Of a DNA stretch of 64,000 nt, positions 18,093-26,394 are shown in pieces; position 1 is the first letter of the stretch; each line of letters opens with the position of its first letter. Origin of the DNA: Gammaproteobacteria bacterium (GTDB lineage Bacteria > Pseudomonadota > Gammaproteobacteria > Steroidobacterales > JBCCMA01); contig JBGCEL010000037.1 of NCBI GenBank assembly GCA_045106455.1, forward strand, positions 649 through 64,648, read 5' to 3'. The notes below the pieces were generated by a model, which ran no database searches, was not told the origin of the DNA, and worked only from the letters and a program-made list of their open reading frames with translations. The position numbers and the translations under genes were made by a program.

Positions 18093-19670
18093 ATGCTCGA
18101 CTGGAAAAGCATCGGACGCGCCATTCGCTTTGAAAAGCAGACGCTGGCCGCGGTCACACTCGCCATTTTATTGCTCGGGGCGTACGCCATCATGAGCCTG
18201 CCTAATATGTATGTGAGCAGCGCTCAAATACTAGTAGAGCGTCGTGGCTTGTTTTCTGAAACCGAAATGACCGCCACCGCGCAGGACAATCTGAGCCGTC
18301 GCATGCATGCGATCACAAGCACGGTGCTCAGCTCGGACAGCATTCGCACCATATTAATCGACAACGACCTGGTAACTGAATCCATCAGTGACGAGGATTT
18401 TGCGCTCGCGGTGGATTCCTTTCGCGAGGATGTCGTGCTTGAACTCGACAACGTTGCGGTGGTGAATCAGTTCACCGGCAAATCAGGCATGTACTCGCAG
18501 GGCATGATCATCGAATTCGCACACACCGATCCGGATGTCGCATTTGCGATTTCTCGTGCGCTCACTGATCGGGTGCTGGCAGCGAACAAAGGCAAGGGCG
18601 AGGCAGCCGTTGAATACCGACGTGAATTTTTGAGCGAGCAGCGCGAACGCGCCTTTGAGAAGCTCAGTGTCGCCAAGGGCGCGGTGGCGGAATTCAAAAA
18701 TGAAAATGCGCTGTTTGTGCCCGAAGTGCATCCACTGACCATTCGACGATACGAAGAGATTGAATCGCAAACCTCACGTATCGATGAAAATCTTGCTCGC
18801 CTGCGTCGCGACCTCAGTGACGTGCGTGGGGCGTTGGCCACCACCAGCGCCGACGCGTTCGTATTGGCCGCCGACGGTACGCGTATTCTGGGTACGGACG
18901 AACAGCTTAGACTCCTGGAAGCTGAGTACGCCCGCGCCAAAGCACGTTACACCGACAACCACCCGGAGCTCGTGAAGCTGCGCTCCGAGCTTGAGGGCCT
19001 GCGTCGCTATTCCAACGGTGGTGATCGCACGGGTATTCAGGCCGATTTGCAAACCGCACGTCGCGAGCTTGCCGGCGCCCGGCAACGCTATGGCGCCGAG
19101 CACCCAGATGTACGCTCGCTGACACGCAAAGTAGGCCAGCTTGAAAGCCTGCTCGCCAGCGCCAGCACGAGTTCACCACGACGCACGACCAGTGAATCTT
19201 CGAACCCGGCTTATAACCGACTGCTGATCCGCGAGCGCGGCATTGTCGACAACATTGCACGCGAAGGCCAAAAACAGCGATCACTCGGCGAAGAGCTGGC
19301 CACCATTAAAGATCAGCTTGCCAGAATGCCCGCCGTGGAACAGTCGCTGGCAACGTTGCTGCAGCGTCAGGATGCAGCGACCGCAACGTATGAAGAAATT
19401 GAATCAGAGCTAGAGCAAGTGAGTCTGAGCGTTGGCATGCGCCAGGCAGACCTGTTGGATCGATTTGTGCTGATTGAGCCACCGCGCAAGGCGTTTGCTC
19501 CGGCCAAACCGCCCAAGAAGCTGCTTCTTGCGCTGCTTGGCATGCTGTCTGTATGTGCTGGTCTTTTGGCCGCCATTTTGCTGCACACGTTCCGTGATCG
19601 AATTATCGACAGCGACGATGTTGAAGACATGCTCGATCTGCCCGTTTACATCATTCCTCGATTTGGATAG
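18093..19670 (+). CDS. polysaccharide co-polymerase (Wzz / chain-length determinant family)
   Basis: 525 aa. N-terminal TM plus Wzz-type motif (LAAVTLAILLLGAYAIMSLPNMYVSSAQILVE). Long coiled-coil-like Ala/Arg/Glu/Leu-rich periplasmic region. Second TM near the C-terminus (LLLALLGMLSVCAGLLAAILL). Confidence 0.85.
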   Translation: MLDWKSIGRAIRFEKQTLAAVTLAILLLGAYAIMSLPNMYVSSAQILVERRGLFSETEMTATAQDNLSRRMHAITSTVLSSDSIRTILIDNDLVTESISDEDFALAVDSFREDVVLELDNVAVVNQFTGKSGMYSQGMIIEFAHTDPDVAFAISRALTDRVLAANKGKGEAAVEYRREFLSEQRERAFEKLSVAKGAVAEFKNENALFVPEVHPLTIRRYEEIESQTSRIDENLARLRRDLSDVRGALATTSADAFVLAADGTRILGTDEQLRLLEAEYARAKARYTDNHPELVKLRSELEGLRRYSNGGDRTGIQADLQTARRELAGARQRYGAEHPDVRSLTRKVGQLESLLASASTSSPRRTTSESSNPAYNRLLIRERGIVDNIAREGQKQRSLGEELATIKDQLARMPAVEQSLATLLQRQDAATATYEEIESELEQVSLSVGMRQADLLDRFVLIEPPRKAFAPAKPPKKLLLALLGMLSVCAGLLAAILLHTFRDRIIDSDDVEDMLDLPVYIIPRFG

Positions 19671-19674
19671 TGCC

Positions 19675-20469
19675 GTGTCTAAAGAACCTATTGTGAATAT
19701 TAAACCGGCCGGCGTTCCCGGCGCCGCTACTCAACAACCGCTGGAGTCTGCTCCCACGCGCGCGGCGCCGCAGCGCTTTACGTTCGATGTGGATGACGAT
19801 CATCTGCGCCGCAACCACGTATTTATTGAAGGCACGGACGAAGAGTCCAAAATTGCGATTAGCGCCTACAAGAGTTTGCGCACACACATGCTGCGCGAAA
19901 TGGAGCAGCGCAACGTGCGCTCTATGGTGGTCACCGGCACAACGGCAGGCGTTGGCAAAAGCGTCACAGCCGCTAATCTGGCGATCAACATTGCACGTCA
20001 TCAACAAAAGCACGTGCTGTTGGTGGATCTTGATTTGCGTTCACCAACTGTTGCCAAGTTGTTTGGCTTTCAGCCAACCACGGGAATCGACAGCGTGGTA
20101 GAGCCGCGCTTTGTTTTCCCTAAAGCGATTGTTTATCCCGATATCCAACACCTGAGCATATTGCCGTGCGTGCGAGGACATCAGGACTCCGCTGAAATAT
20201 TACTGTCAAAACAAATGAGCGCGCTGCTACAAATTTTGCACAATTATAAAGACACGCACATTGTTATTTTTGACTCACCGCCCATTCTCGGCTGTGACGA
20301 CATTGCGGCCATTGCCCCGATCATCGACATGTGTCTGGTGGTGGTTAGCGAAGGTGAGTCCAGTCGTCGTGAGCTGAAAACCGCGATGCGTATTCTGGGT
20401 GATGCGCCGGTGGCCGGCGTGCTGTTGAACAAGTCCTCCCAGAACTTTTTCAAGCGCTACTATTATTGA
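19675..20469 (+). CDS. BY-kinase-type tyrosine autokinase ATPase (separate catalytic subunit)
   Basis: In-frame GTG at 19675, 4 nt after the Wzz stop; the track extension to 19474 overlaps the upstream gene. Walker A VVTGTTAGVGKSVTAANL, Walker A-prime VLLVDLDLRSP, Walker B IVIFDSPPILGCDD. The C-terminus ends in a Tyr cluster, KRYYY. Confidence 0.85.
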   Translation: MSKEPIVNIKPAGVPGAATQQPLESAPTRAAPQRFTFDVDDDHLRRNHVFIEGTDEESKIAISAYKSLRTHMLREMEQRNVRSMVVTGTTAGVGKSVTAANLAINIARHQQKHVLLVDLDLRSPTVAKLFGFQPTTGIDSVVEPRFVFPKAIVYPDIQHLSILPCVRGHQDSAEILLSKQMSALLQILHNYKDTHIVIFDSPPILGCDDIAAIAPIIDMCLVVVSEGESSRRELKTAMRILGDAPVAGVLLNKSSQNFFKRYYY

Positions 20470-21737
20470 ACGCCTCACCTTACATTCGTACCGCGCCAGA
20501 AAGGTCATCCCCGGCCATTGACTATCGCGGGGTGGGCGAGTGCGCGCTGGTGTTTCTGGTGGTCGTCACCGCGTCGGGCGCTTTGTACAAATTTGGTATC
20601 GCGACCCTGGCGTGGGCGCTGATCTATGCGGTGACGCTGGTGGTGGTGGTGCGCGATCACGCGCAAGTGCTCAAGTCCGCAGCGATTGCATGGCCGCTAC
20701 TGTGCTTTCCATTATTTTGTCTCATTTCGGTTTTCTGGAGTGTTGAGCCGCACGATTCGCTGCGCCACGCGGCGCAGTATTTATTTACGGCAGCACTCGC
20801 TACCTGGATCGGATCGATCGTGGCGCCTGAGCGTCTGTTGCGGGCGGTCGGTATCGGACTTTTTGCCTGCGCCGCGTTTTCGGTGTTGGCGACCTACCTG
20901 AACATCATCTCAGGTGTGCGTCAGGGCGACTATGCGGGCGCCGAACGGTATTTTGTCGGCTTGTTCACACAGAAAAATGTGTTTGGCAATGCGATCGTGC
21001 TCGCTACCATTGGCTTGCTTACGCTTGGCGCACATACCGGGCACAAGTGGCGCTATGCACTGGCCGCTCTGGCGCTGGCCCCGGTGCTTTACCTGACCAA
21101 ATCGACGACGGCTGCGATTTTGTACGTCGGCGTTTGGTCGTACTGGCCGGCGCTGCACTTTATCCGGCATCAGCGTCACAAAACGGCCGTTTTCCTGGGT
21201 GCTTTGACCGGCGGATTGCTCCTCTCCACCGTTTTTATTGCCGTGGATTTCAGTCCGGTTAGCGAAGTGCTCGGCGCCCTGGGCAAGGACACGACGCTCA
21301 CCGGCCGCACGCTGATCTGGGACATGGGGTTTGATCTTTACCTGCAACACCCGGTGACCGGCATTGGCTATCAAGCGTTCTGGGAGTCGCCGGCCTACAC
21401 CTCTGACGTGATGCTCATCCGTGCCGCGGTGCTTGAGTCGATTGGTGGCTTTCATAATGGCTATCTTGAGGCCATGGTCGCCACCGGACTACCTGGCGTC
21501 CTTCTGTACGCTTTGTTGGTCACCGCGCCGCTGATCGTGTGCTGGAACGCACTGATGCGCGAGCCGACGGCACTGCGGCTTGGCGCGCTCTACATTTGCC
21601 TGCTAATTGCCAGCCGCACCTTCACGGAATCTTCGGTGTTCTATCAGCACGATCTGGATTTCATTCTGTTGGTCGCGATCGGCGTGGCCAGCGCACGCTC
21701 GTTGCATCCAACCAAAGTCAAATCATCTTATGTTTGA
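20466..21737 (+). CDS. O-antigen ligase / Wzy-type polymerase family membrane protein
   Basis: 423 aa, polytopic. Wzy_C-like motifs LQHPVTGIGYQAFWES and GGFHNGYLEAMVATGLPGVLL. The start is uncertain (TTG at 20466 overlapping the upstream TGA, or a downstream GTG). Confidence 0.7.
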   Translation: MNASPYIRTAPERSSPAIDYRGVGECALVFLVVVTASGALYKFGIATLAWALIYAVTLVVVVRDHAQVLKSAAIAWPLLCFPLFCLISVFWSVEPHDSLRHAAQYLFTAALATWIGSIVAPERLLRAVGIGLFACAAFSVLATYLNIISGVRQGDYAGAERYFVGLFTQKNVFGNAIVLATIGLLTLGAHTGHKWRYALAALALAPVLYLTKSTTAAILYVGVWSYWPALHFIRHQRHKTAVFLGALTGGLLLSTVFIAVDFSPVSEVLGALGKDTTLTGRTLIWDMGFDLYLQHPVTGIGYQAFWESPAYTSDVMLIRAAVLESIGGFHNGYLEAMVATGLPGVLLYALLVTAPLIVCWNALMREPTALRLGALYICLLIASRTFTESSVFYQHDLDFILLVAIGVASARSLHPTKVKSSYV

Positions 21738-22887
21738 TGCGACGTTTTGGCTGGGAATGCTAACACTGCTGTGCGCTGTGGCTTTTCTGTATCCGTACGT
21801 TTTGTACCCACTGGTGCTACGTCGGTTGCCGCGACTCGACCAGGACACCACTGGCGCGCACGAGAAGTCGGCAGTGCCAAGCGCAGCGCTGTTGATGTGT
21901 GCCTACAACGAAGAGGCATCGTTGCCCGGCAAGATCGAAAATTTGCGGCGCATGAAAAAAGAATGTCCCGAGCTGCAAATTTTCGCCTATTCGGACTGCA
22001 GCAGTGACAACACCAACGCACTGCTCGAGGGCGCCAGTGACATTCTCACACCGGTGCTGGGTACGGAACGCGCGGGCAAAGTTCGCGGCATGTATCACTT
22101 AATTGGGCTAACGGATGCCGACGTCGCGGTCTTTACCGACGCCAACGTCATGGTGGACGAGGGCAGCATCACGAATTTACTTGAGCGCTTTCGCGATCCG
22201 AACATTGGTGCGGTGGCCGCTACACTGATCTACGAAGACAAGGATGATGGCGAGCAAAGCGCAACCTCTGATGTGGGCGGCGCGTATTGGAAGCTCGAAG
22301 AGCACATCAAGGAACTCGAATCCAGCAGCGGTTCAATGATGGGTGCCGACGGAGCCTTTTTTGCGCGGCGCCGCGCCGGTTACCCGCAAATTCCGGCGGA
22401 CCTCGTGGACGACATGGCGGTATCCATCGGCGTACTGTTTGACGGCCAACGCTGCGTTTCGGCTCACGATGTTATTGGCCGTGAGCACTCGGTCACCCAT
22501 CGTGGTGAGGAATTCAAACGCAAACGACGTATCGCGTGTGGCTCGTACAGCACCTATCGTTACCTCAAGCCTTCACTGAAAAAACTCAGTCGTCTTGATC
22601 GATTCAAATTTCTCTCGCACAAGTTAATGCGCTGGTGGGGCGGGGCATTCCTTACGCTCGGCATCATCGCCTTTTTGGGCGCAGCAGCCAGTGCCGGCTT
22701 TGGACTCGCCGGGGTCGGCATCGTGGCCGCAGGCGGCGGTCTTGTGATCGGTCTTGGTCATTTGAACGTGGCACCGTTTGGTGCGGTTTATGAGGTCTTA
22801 CTCGCCGTACTCGCAACGGGACTGGGTGTGATTGAATCGCTCAAGGGCGCCAGTTACGCCACCTGGGAACCGGCGAAAACTCGCTAA
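21730..22887 (+). CDS. family 2 glycosyltransferase with flanking TM segments
   Basis: ATG at 21730 overlaps the upstream stop by 8 nt; the track ORF start at 21607 is judged an extension. N-terminal TM, then ALLMCAYNEEASLP, a DxD-like FTDANVMVD and LMRWWGG (QxxRW-like). C-terminal TM helices. Confidence 0.8.
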   Translation: MFDATFWLGMLTLLCAVAFLYPYVLYPLVLRRLPRLDQDTTGAHEKSAVPSAALLMCAYNEEASLPGKIENLRRMKKECPELQIFAYSDCSSDNTNALLEGASDILTPVLGTERAGKVRGMYHLIGLTDADVAVFTDANVMVDEGSITNLLERFRDPNIGAVAATLIYEDKDDGEQSATSDVGGAYWKLEEHIKELESSSGSMMGADGAFFARRRAGYPQIPADLVDDMAVSIGVLFDGQRCVSAHDVIGREHSVTHRGEEFKRKRRIACGSYSTYRYLKPSLKKLSRLDRFKFLSHKLMRWWGGAFLTLGIIAFLGAAASAGFGLAGVGIVAAGGGLVIGLGHLNVAPFGAVYEVLLAVLATGLGVIESLKGASYATWEPAKTR

Positions 22888-22903
22888 CGGGAAACCACGC
22901 GTC

Positions 22904-24091
22904 ATGACATCCTCACGCACCAGCTTGCGCATGGCCTACTTTGGGCACAACCGCCGTGACACCGCGTTCGTGCGTCGTATCCGCGGATTTGTCGAGGCGG
23001 GCGTGGATGTCACGACGTACTCGTATCGACGGGATGGTGAACCGGCAGAGCCGGGGCCCAACTGGCCCAATGTGGACCTGGGCCATGCTGATCACGGCAA
23101 ATTCCTGCGCCGCATCGGGCTCTATTTCCTTGCCCTCAAAACCGTCATTGGCGCGCGCCGGCAACTGGCCGATGCTGATGTGGTGTACGCACGCAATCTC
23201 GATATTTTTCTGTTCGCCTGGTTCGCCATGGGCATCGCCAAACTGGGTCGGCGCGCGCCGATTTACGTCTACGAATGTTTGGACGTTCACGAAGCGCTTT
23301 TGGGCAATGGTTTGAAAGCGCGGCTGTTGCGCGCGGCGGAACGTCGGGTTCTCGCCAGGGCCGATCTCCTGGTGGTCAGTTCACCCGGTTTTATCGATCA
23401 CTTTTTTACGCCGACGCAGCGCTATTCGGGCCCAACGCACTGGATAGAAAACAAGCTTCACTTTCCAAATCACGTCGTCGCTCGACCAGCGCTTCAAGTG
23501 GACGAAGCCGCCAAAGCCGACCCGCTAACCATTGGCTGGGTGGGCATTATTCGCTGTCAGCGCACGCTGGAATTGCTTGTTAACGTGGCCACGGCACTGC
23601 CTCAGCATGTACACATACGCATCGCCGGACTGGTGTCCTATTTTCTGCTACCCGATTTCGATCAGAGCATCGAAGCGCTGCCGAATATTGAATTTCGCGG
23701 CCCCTACGACTGGCCCTCAGGGCTCGCAGATGCCTATCAGGGGACCGATTTGGTGTGGTCGCAAGAGCTATCTTGGAGCGGCGGTAACTCCGACTGGCTG
23801 ATCCCTAACCGCGTTTACGAGGCCAGCTACTTCGGCGTGCCGTCGCTGGCAATCGAATCTACCCAAACCGGCCGTATCGTGGCGCAACGCGAGCTGGGAT
23901 TTGTGCTGCCAGAAGCCAGCGCAAACGTGCTCATCGAGTTTTTGCGCAACCTTCCCGCGGACGAATTGTCCGCCGCCCGCAGCCGCTTGCTGAGTCGCCC
24001 TGAGCGCGATTTCGTACTGCAGCAGCAAGACACCGAAGACTTACTTCAGGCGATAGAAGACGCAGGCTCGGCGCGCAAACGCCAGGCATGA
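22904..24091 (+). CDS. GT-B fold glycosyltransferase (GT4-like)
   Basis: ATG at 22904 (MTSSRTSLRMAYFGHNRRDTAFVRRIRGFVEAGVDV). Size and two-lobed pattern are typical of GT4-type enzymes. The C-terminal lobe has NRVYEASYFGVPSL. Family assignment is moderate. Confidence 0.7.
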   Translation: MTSSRTSLRMAYFGHNRRDTAFVRRIRGFVEAGVDVTTYSYRRDGEPAEPGPNWPNVDLGHADHGKFLRRIGLYFLALKTVIGARRQLADADVVYARNLDIFLFAWFAMGIAKLGRRAPIYVYECLDVHEALLGNGLKARLLRAAERRVLARADLLVVSSPGFIDHFFTPTQRYSGPTHWIENKLHFPNHVVARPALQVDEAAKADPLTIGWVGIIRCQRTLELLVNVATALPQHVHIRIAGLVSYFLLPDFDQSIEALPNIEFRGPYDWPSGLADAYQGTDLVWSQELSWSGGNSDWLIPNRVYEASYFGVPSLAIESTQTGRIVAQRELGFVLPEASANVLIEFLRNLPADELSAARSRLLSRPERDFVLQQQDTEDLLQAIEDAGSARKRQA

Positions 24092-25404
24092 GTTCGGACA
24101 AGCAGCACAGCGTTGGCGCCATTGCGCGCGGCTCAATCGTGCTGGTTGCCGCGCGCGTACTTGGCATGCTTTGTGGCCTGATGTTGATGATCTTTCTGGC
24201 GCGAACGCTCACGCCGGATCAACTGGGTGTGGTGACGTTGTGCTTCTCGACGGCGCTTCTCGGCGGACTCGTATTCACCCTGAATGTGGGAGCCGGTGCC
24301 GTGCGCTTTATCAACACCTATCTGGGACTTGGCGAACGCGGCCGAGCGGGCAGCTATCTGGTGTACAGCGAAAAGCTGGTGCTGAAGGTCTCGCTGGCTG
24401 TTTTGCTGTTGCTCGGTGCGAGTGTGGCACTGGGCCGAGCGACGTTCGTGCCGACGCTCCCGGTCGCGATAGCGAGCGGCTTGCTGGTGGCGCCGATGTT
24501 TGCCTGGTTGCGCGTTGAGGCGGCAAACGTTGCGGCGGCCGGTGCCGTAGTGCGTGCATCGCTACCGGCAACACTTTTTCGTCCCGCGCTCATGCTTATC
24601 ACGGTGATGTCGGTCTATCTGGCCACCGATCGAATGACCAGTACGCGGGTACTGGTGCTCTACGGCGTGTCTCTGCTGATCGTGGTCGCCCTGCAACATT
24701 TTTTGTTTCGAAGCCTGGTAACACCTTTGCGCCATGAGGCCGCGGCCATTGCGGATGCAGACCGCCGGTCCTGGCGGCAGGTGGGCGTCGACTTACTCAT
24801 TCCAACGCTGTTTCTTGAGCTGTCTGTCGACATCATCGTGATTATCGCGGCGCTGGTACTGCCGACGTCCGATATCGCCGCATTGGGCATCGTATTGCGC
24901 ATACAGGGCATGATCTTGTTTGGCGTCACGTCCATCAACATGATCGTCTCACCGAAAATTGCGGCGGCGCACAGCGATGGCGACCGGCGTAGCGTGAATC
25001 ATCTGTTGTTTGTGGCCGCGCACTTGAAACTGTGGCCGGCTATCGGCGCGTTCATCATGATGGCCGTTCTGGGTCAGTGGGTGTTGGGGTTCTTCGGGCC
25101 GGAATACCGCGAGCATTTGCTGCCGCTACTTATTTTGTGCGGCACGCCAATACTGATGGCGCTGATTGGCCCGGTGGTGTTGTTTGTGACCGTGCTCGGC
25201 TTGGAGAAGCAGGCACGGCGCGTATTTCAAGTGTCGATCGGGCTTCTGCTGGTGCTCATCGTGGTGCTTGGCAAGCTGTTCGGCCTAAGCGGCGTGGCGA
25301 CGGGCGTGATGATTGTCTGGTGCGTGTGGCAGGGTGCGCTGCACGTCATTGTTCGGCGCAGCAGTGGTTACTCCACCATTCGACTGACGCCGGCGGCGGA
25401 CTAG
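24088..25404 (+). CDS. polysaccharide flippase (Wzx / MOP superfamily)
   Basis: 438 aa. ATGA overlap with the upstream gene (24088-24091). Highly hydrophobic polytopic protein with N-terminal GSIVLVAARVLGMLCGLMLMIFLARTLTPDQLG, typical of polysaccharide-biosynthesis flippases. Confidence 0.75.
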   Translation: MSSDKQHSVGAIARGSIVLVAARVLGMLCGLMLMIFLARTLTPDQLGVVTLCFSTALLGGLVFTLNVGAGAVRFINTYLGLGERGRAGSYLVYSEKLVLKVSLAVLLLLGASVALGRATFVPTLPVAIASGLLVAPMFAWLRVEAANVAAAGAVVRASLPATLFRPALMLITVMSVYLATDRMTSTRVLVLYGVSLLIVVALQHFLFRSLVTPLRHEAAAIADADRRSWRQVGVDLLIPTLFLELSVDIIVIIAALVLPTSDIAALGIVLRIQGMILFGVTSINMIVSPKIAAAHSDGDRRSVNHLLFVAAHLKLWPAIGAFIMMAVLGQWVLGFFGPEYREHLLPLLILCGTPILMALIGPVVLFVTVLGLEKQARRVFQVSIGLLLVLIVVLGKLFGLSGVATGVMIVWCVWQGALHVIVRRSSGYSTIRLTPAAD

Positions 25405-26330
25405 GTCTGACGCCAGACGTCAAGCTCTCGCCCAAGCAGTGACTCAACGTAGGCCACGTCGTCACGATACACCTCGTCAAAGCGTGCACGCGTTGTAGCG
25501 TCCATACCCACTCTCTTGCCCGTGTTCATCGCCTCAATCATGGCGCGCACTTTGCGCCGTGGCTTCTTCGGCACGACCATGCCAATAAGCTTCTTAAATA
25601 GCTTGCCGCCCTGTAGAAAACTCTGCAACGCCTCGCTGCGCGGCATGCCGCTCACGTTGACGCGTCGTTCAACGTCTACCGACACCTCATCACTGAGGCC
25701 GAGAAACTCGAACAGCCGTGAAAGTTGGCCACGTCGGTCTGCCTTAAACTCTTCGTAAATCATTAAGTGCACATTGGCCGGGTCAAACGTCGACAGCCAC
25801 ACTGGTAGATGTCGACCATACTTCGGCAACGACAGATGATCGCAAAATGGATAGAGGTCCTGTGCTGCGTAGCGACTCTCATCGAAAACGCGGTCGATCT
25901 GACCGAGCCGCAAAGACTCTGCGCGATCGCGCACCAAATGCACAAAATTTGCGAAGGCGACGTCCGCCGGGTCGCGCAGGATAATCACAATCTTTGTATT
26001 TGGCCGATGCGCCAGGATACGCGCGGGCACCTCACTGTTGATGAGATACCACGGCGAGGCCTCGCCACGAATCGCGCCCTGCGGTGCGTTGGTGAACAGA
26101 TTGGCGTATTTATCATGCGTATCGACAATATCGCTTTCATCCTGGCCCTCAAGAACGCGTTCGCCACGCAAGCCAATGAAGTGGCGTGTGGATTCATAGC
26201 CATGGATAAAGAAGTTGGTCTCTTTAATTGGGCTCATGAACACATCGGGGTGTTGGTCCAGCATGAAGTGCAGGGCCGTTGTGCCCGATTTGGCGGAACC
26301 GGCGATGATAAATTCGGGGGCAGGGGACAC
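25401..26330 (-). CDS. PAPS-dependent sulfotransferase
   Basis: 309 aa. GTG start at 26328-26330 with GAGGA 6 nt upstream. 5-prime PSB loop IIAGSAKSGTTAL and 3-prime PB motif VIILRDPADVAFANFVH. Convergent with the flippase; both stop codons share the palindrome CTAG at 25401-25404. Confidence 0.85.
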   Translation of the reverse strand: MSPAPEFIIAGSAKSGTTALHFMLDQHPDVFMSPIKETNFFIHGYESTRHFIGLRGERVLEGQDESDIVDTHDKYANLFTNAPQGAIRGEASPWYLINSEVPARILAHRPNTKIVIILRDPADVAFANFVHLVRDRAESLRLGQIDRVFDESRYAAQDLYPFCDHLSLPKYGRHLPVWLSTFDPANVHLMIYEEFKADRRGQLSRLFEFLGLSDEVSVDVERRVNVSGMPRSEALQSFLQGGKLFKKLIGMVVPKKPRRKVRAMIEAMNTGKRVGMDATTRARFDEVYRDDVAYVESLLGRELDVWRQT

Positions 26331-26344
26331 GTTTAATCCTCAAT

Positions 26345-26378
26345 AAAAAACGGCGCGCACCCGGTTGGGCGCGCGCCG
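26345..26378 (-). terminator. rho-independent terminator after the double-GH16 gene
   Basis: Hairpin cggcgcgcaccc (26351-26362), loop ggtt, gggcgcgcgccg (26367-26378), with one mismatch. On the minus strand it is followed by TTTTTT (26345-26350). Confidence 0.7.
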
Positions 26379-26394
26379 ACAGTCATGGCGCTAG

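Noticed and set aside
19474-19674. Upstream extension of the BY-kinase ORF overlapping the Wzz gene by ~200 nt
   Set aside because: The extension is out-of-frame read-through of the Wzz C-terminal TM region (Cys/Phe/Leu-rich nonsense). An in-frame GTG 4 nt after the Wzz stop gives a normal-length kinase.
20466-21737. Polytopic membrane protein considered as the missing exosortase (EpsH/XrtA)
   Set aside because: It carries Wzy_C/O-antigen-ligase-type motifs (HPVTGIGYQAF, GGFHNGYLE) and is larger than typical exosortases. The exosortase therefore remains unaccounted for.
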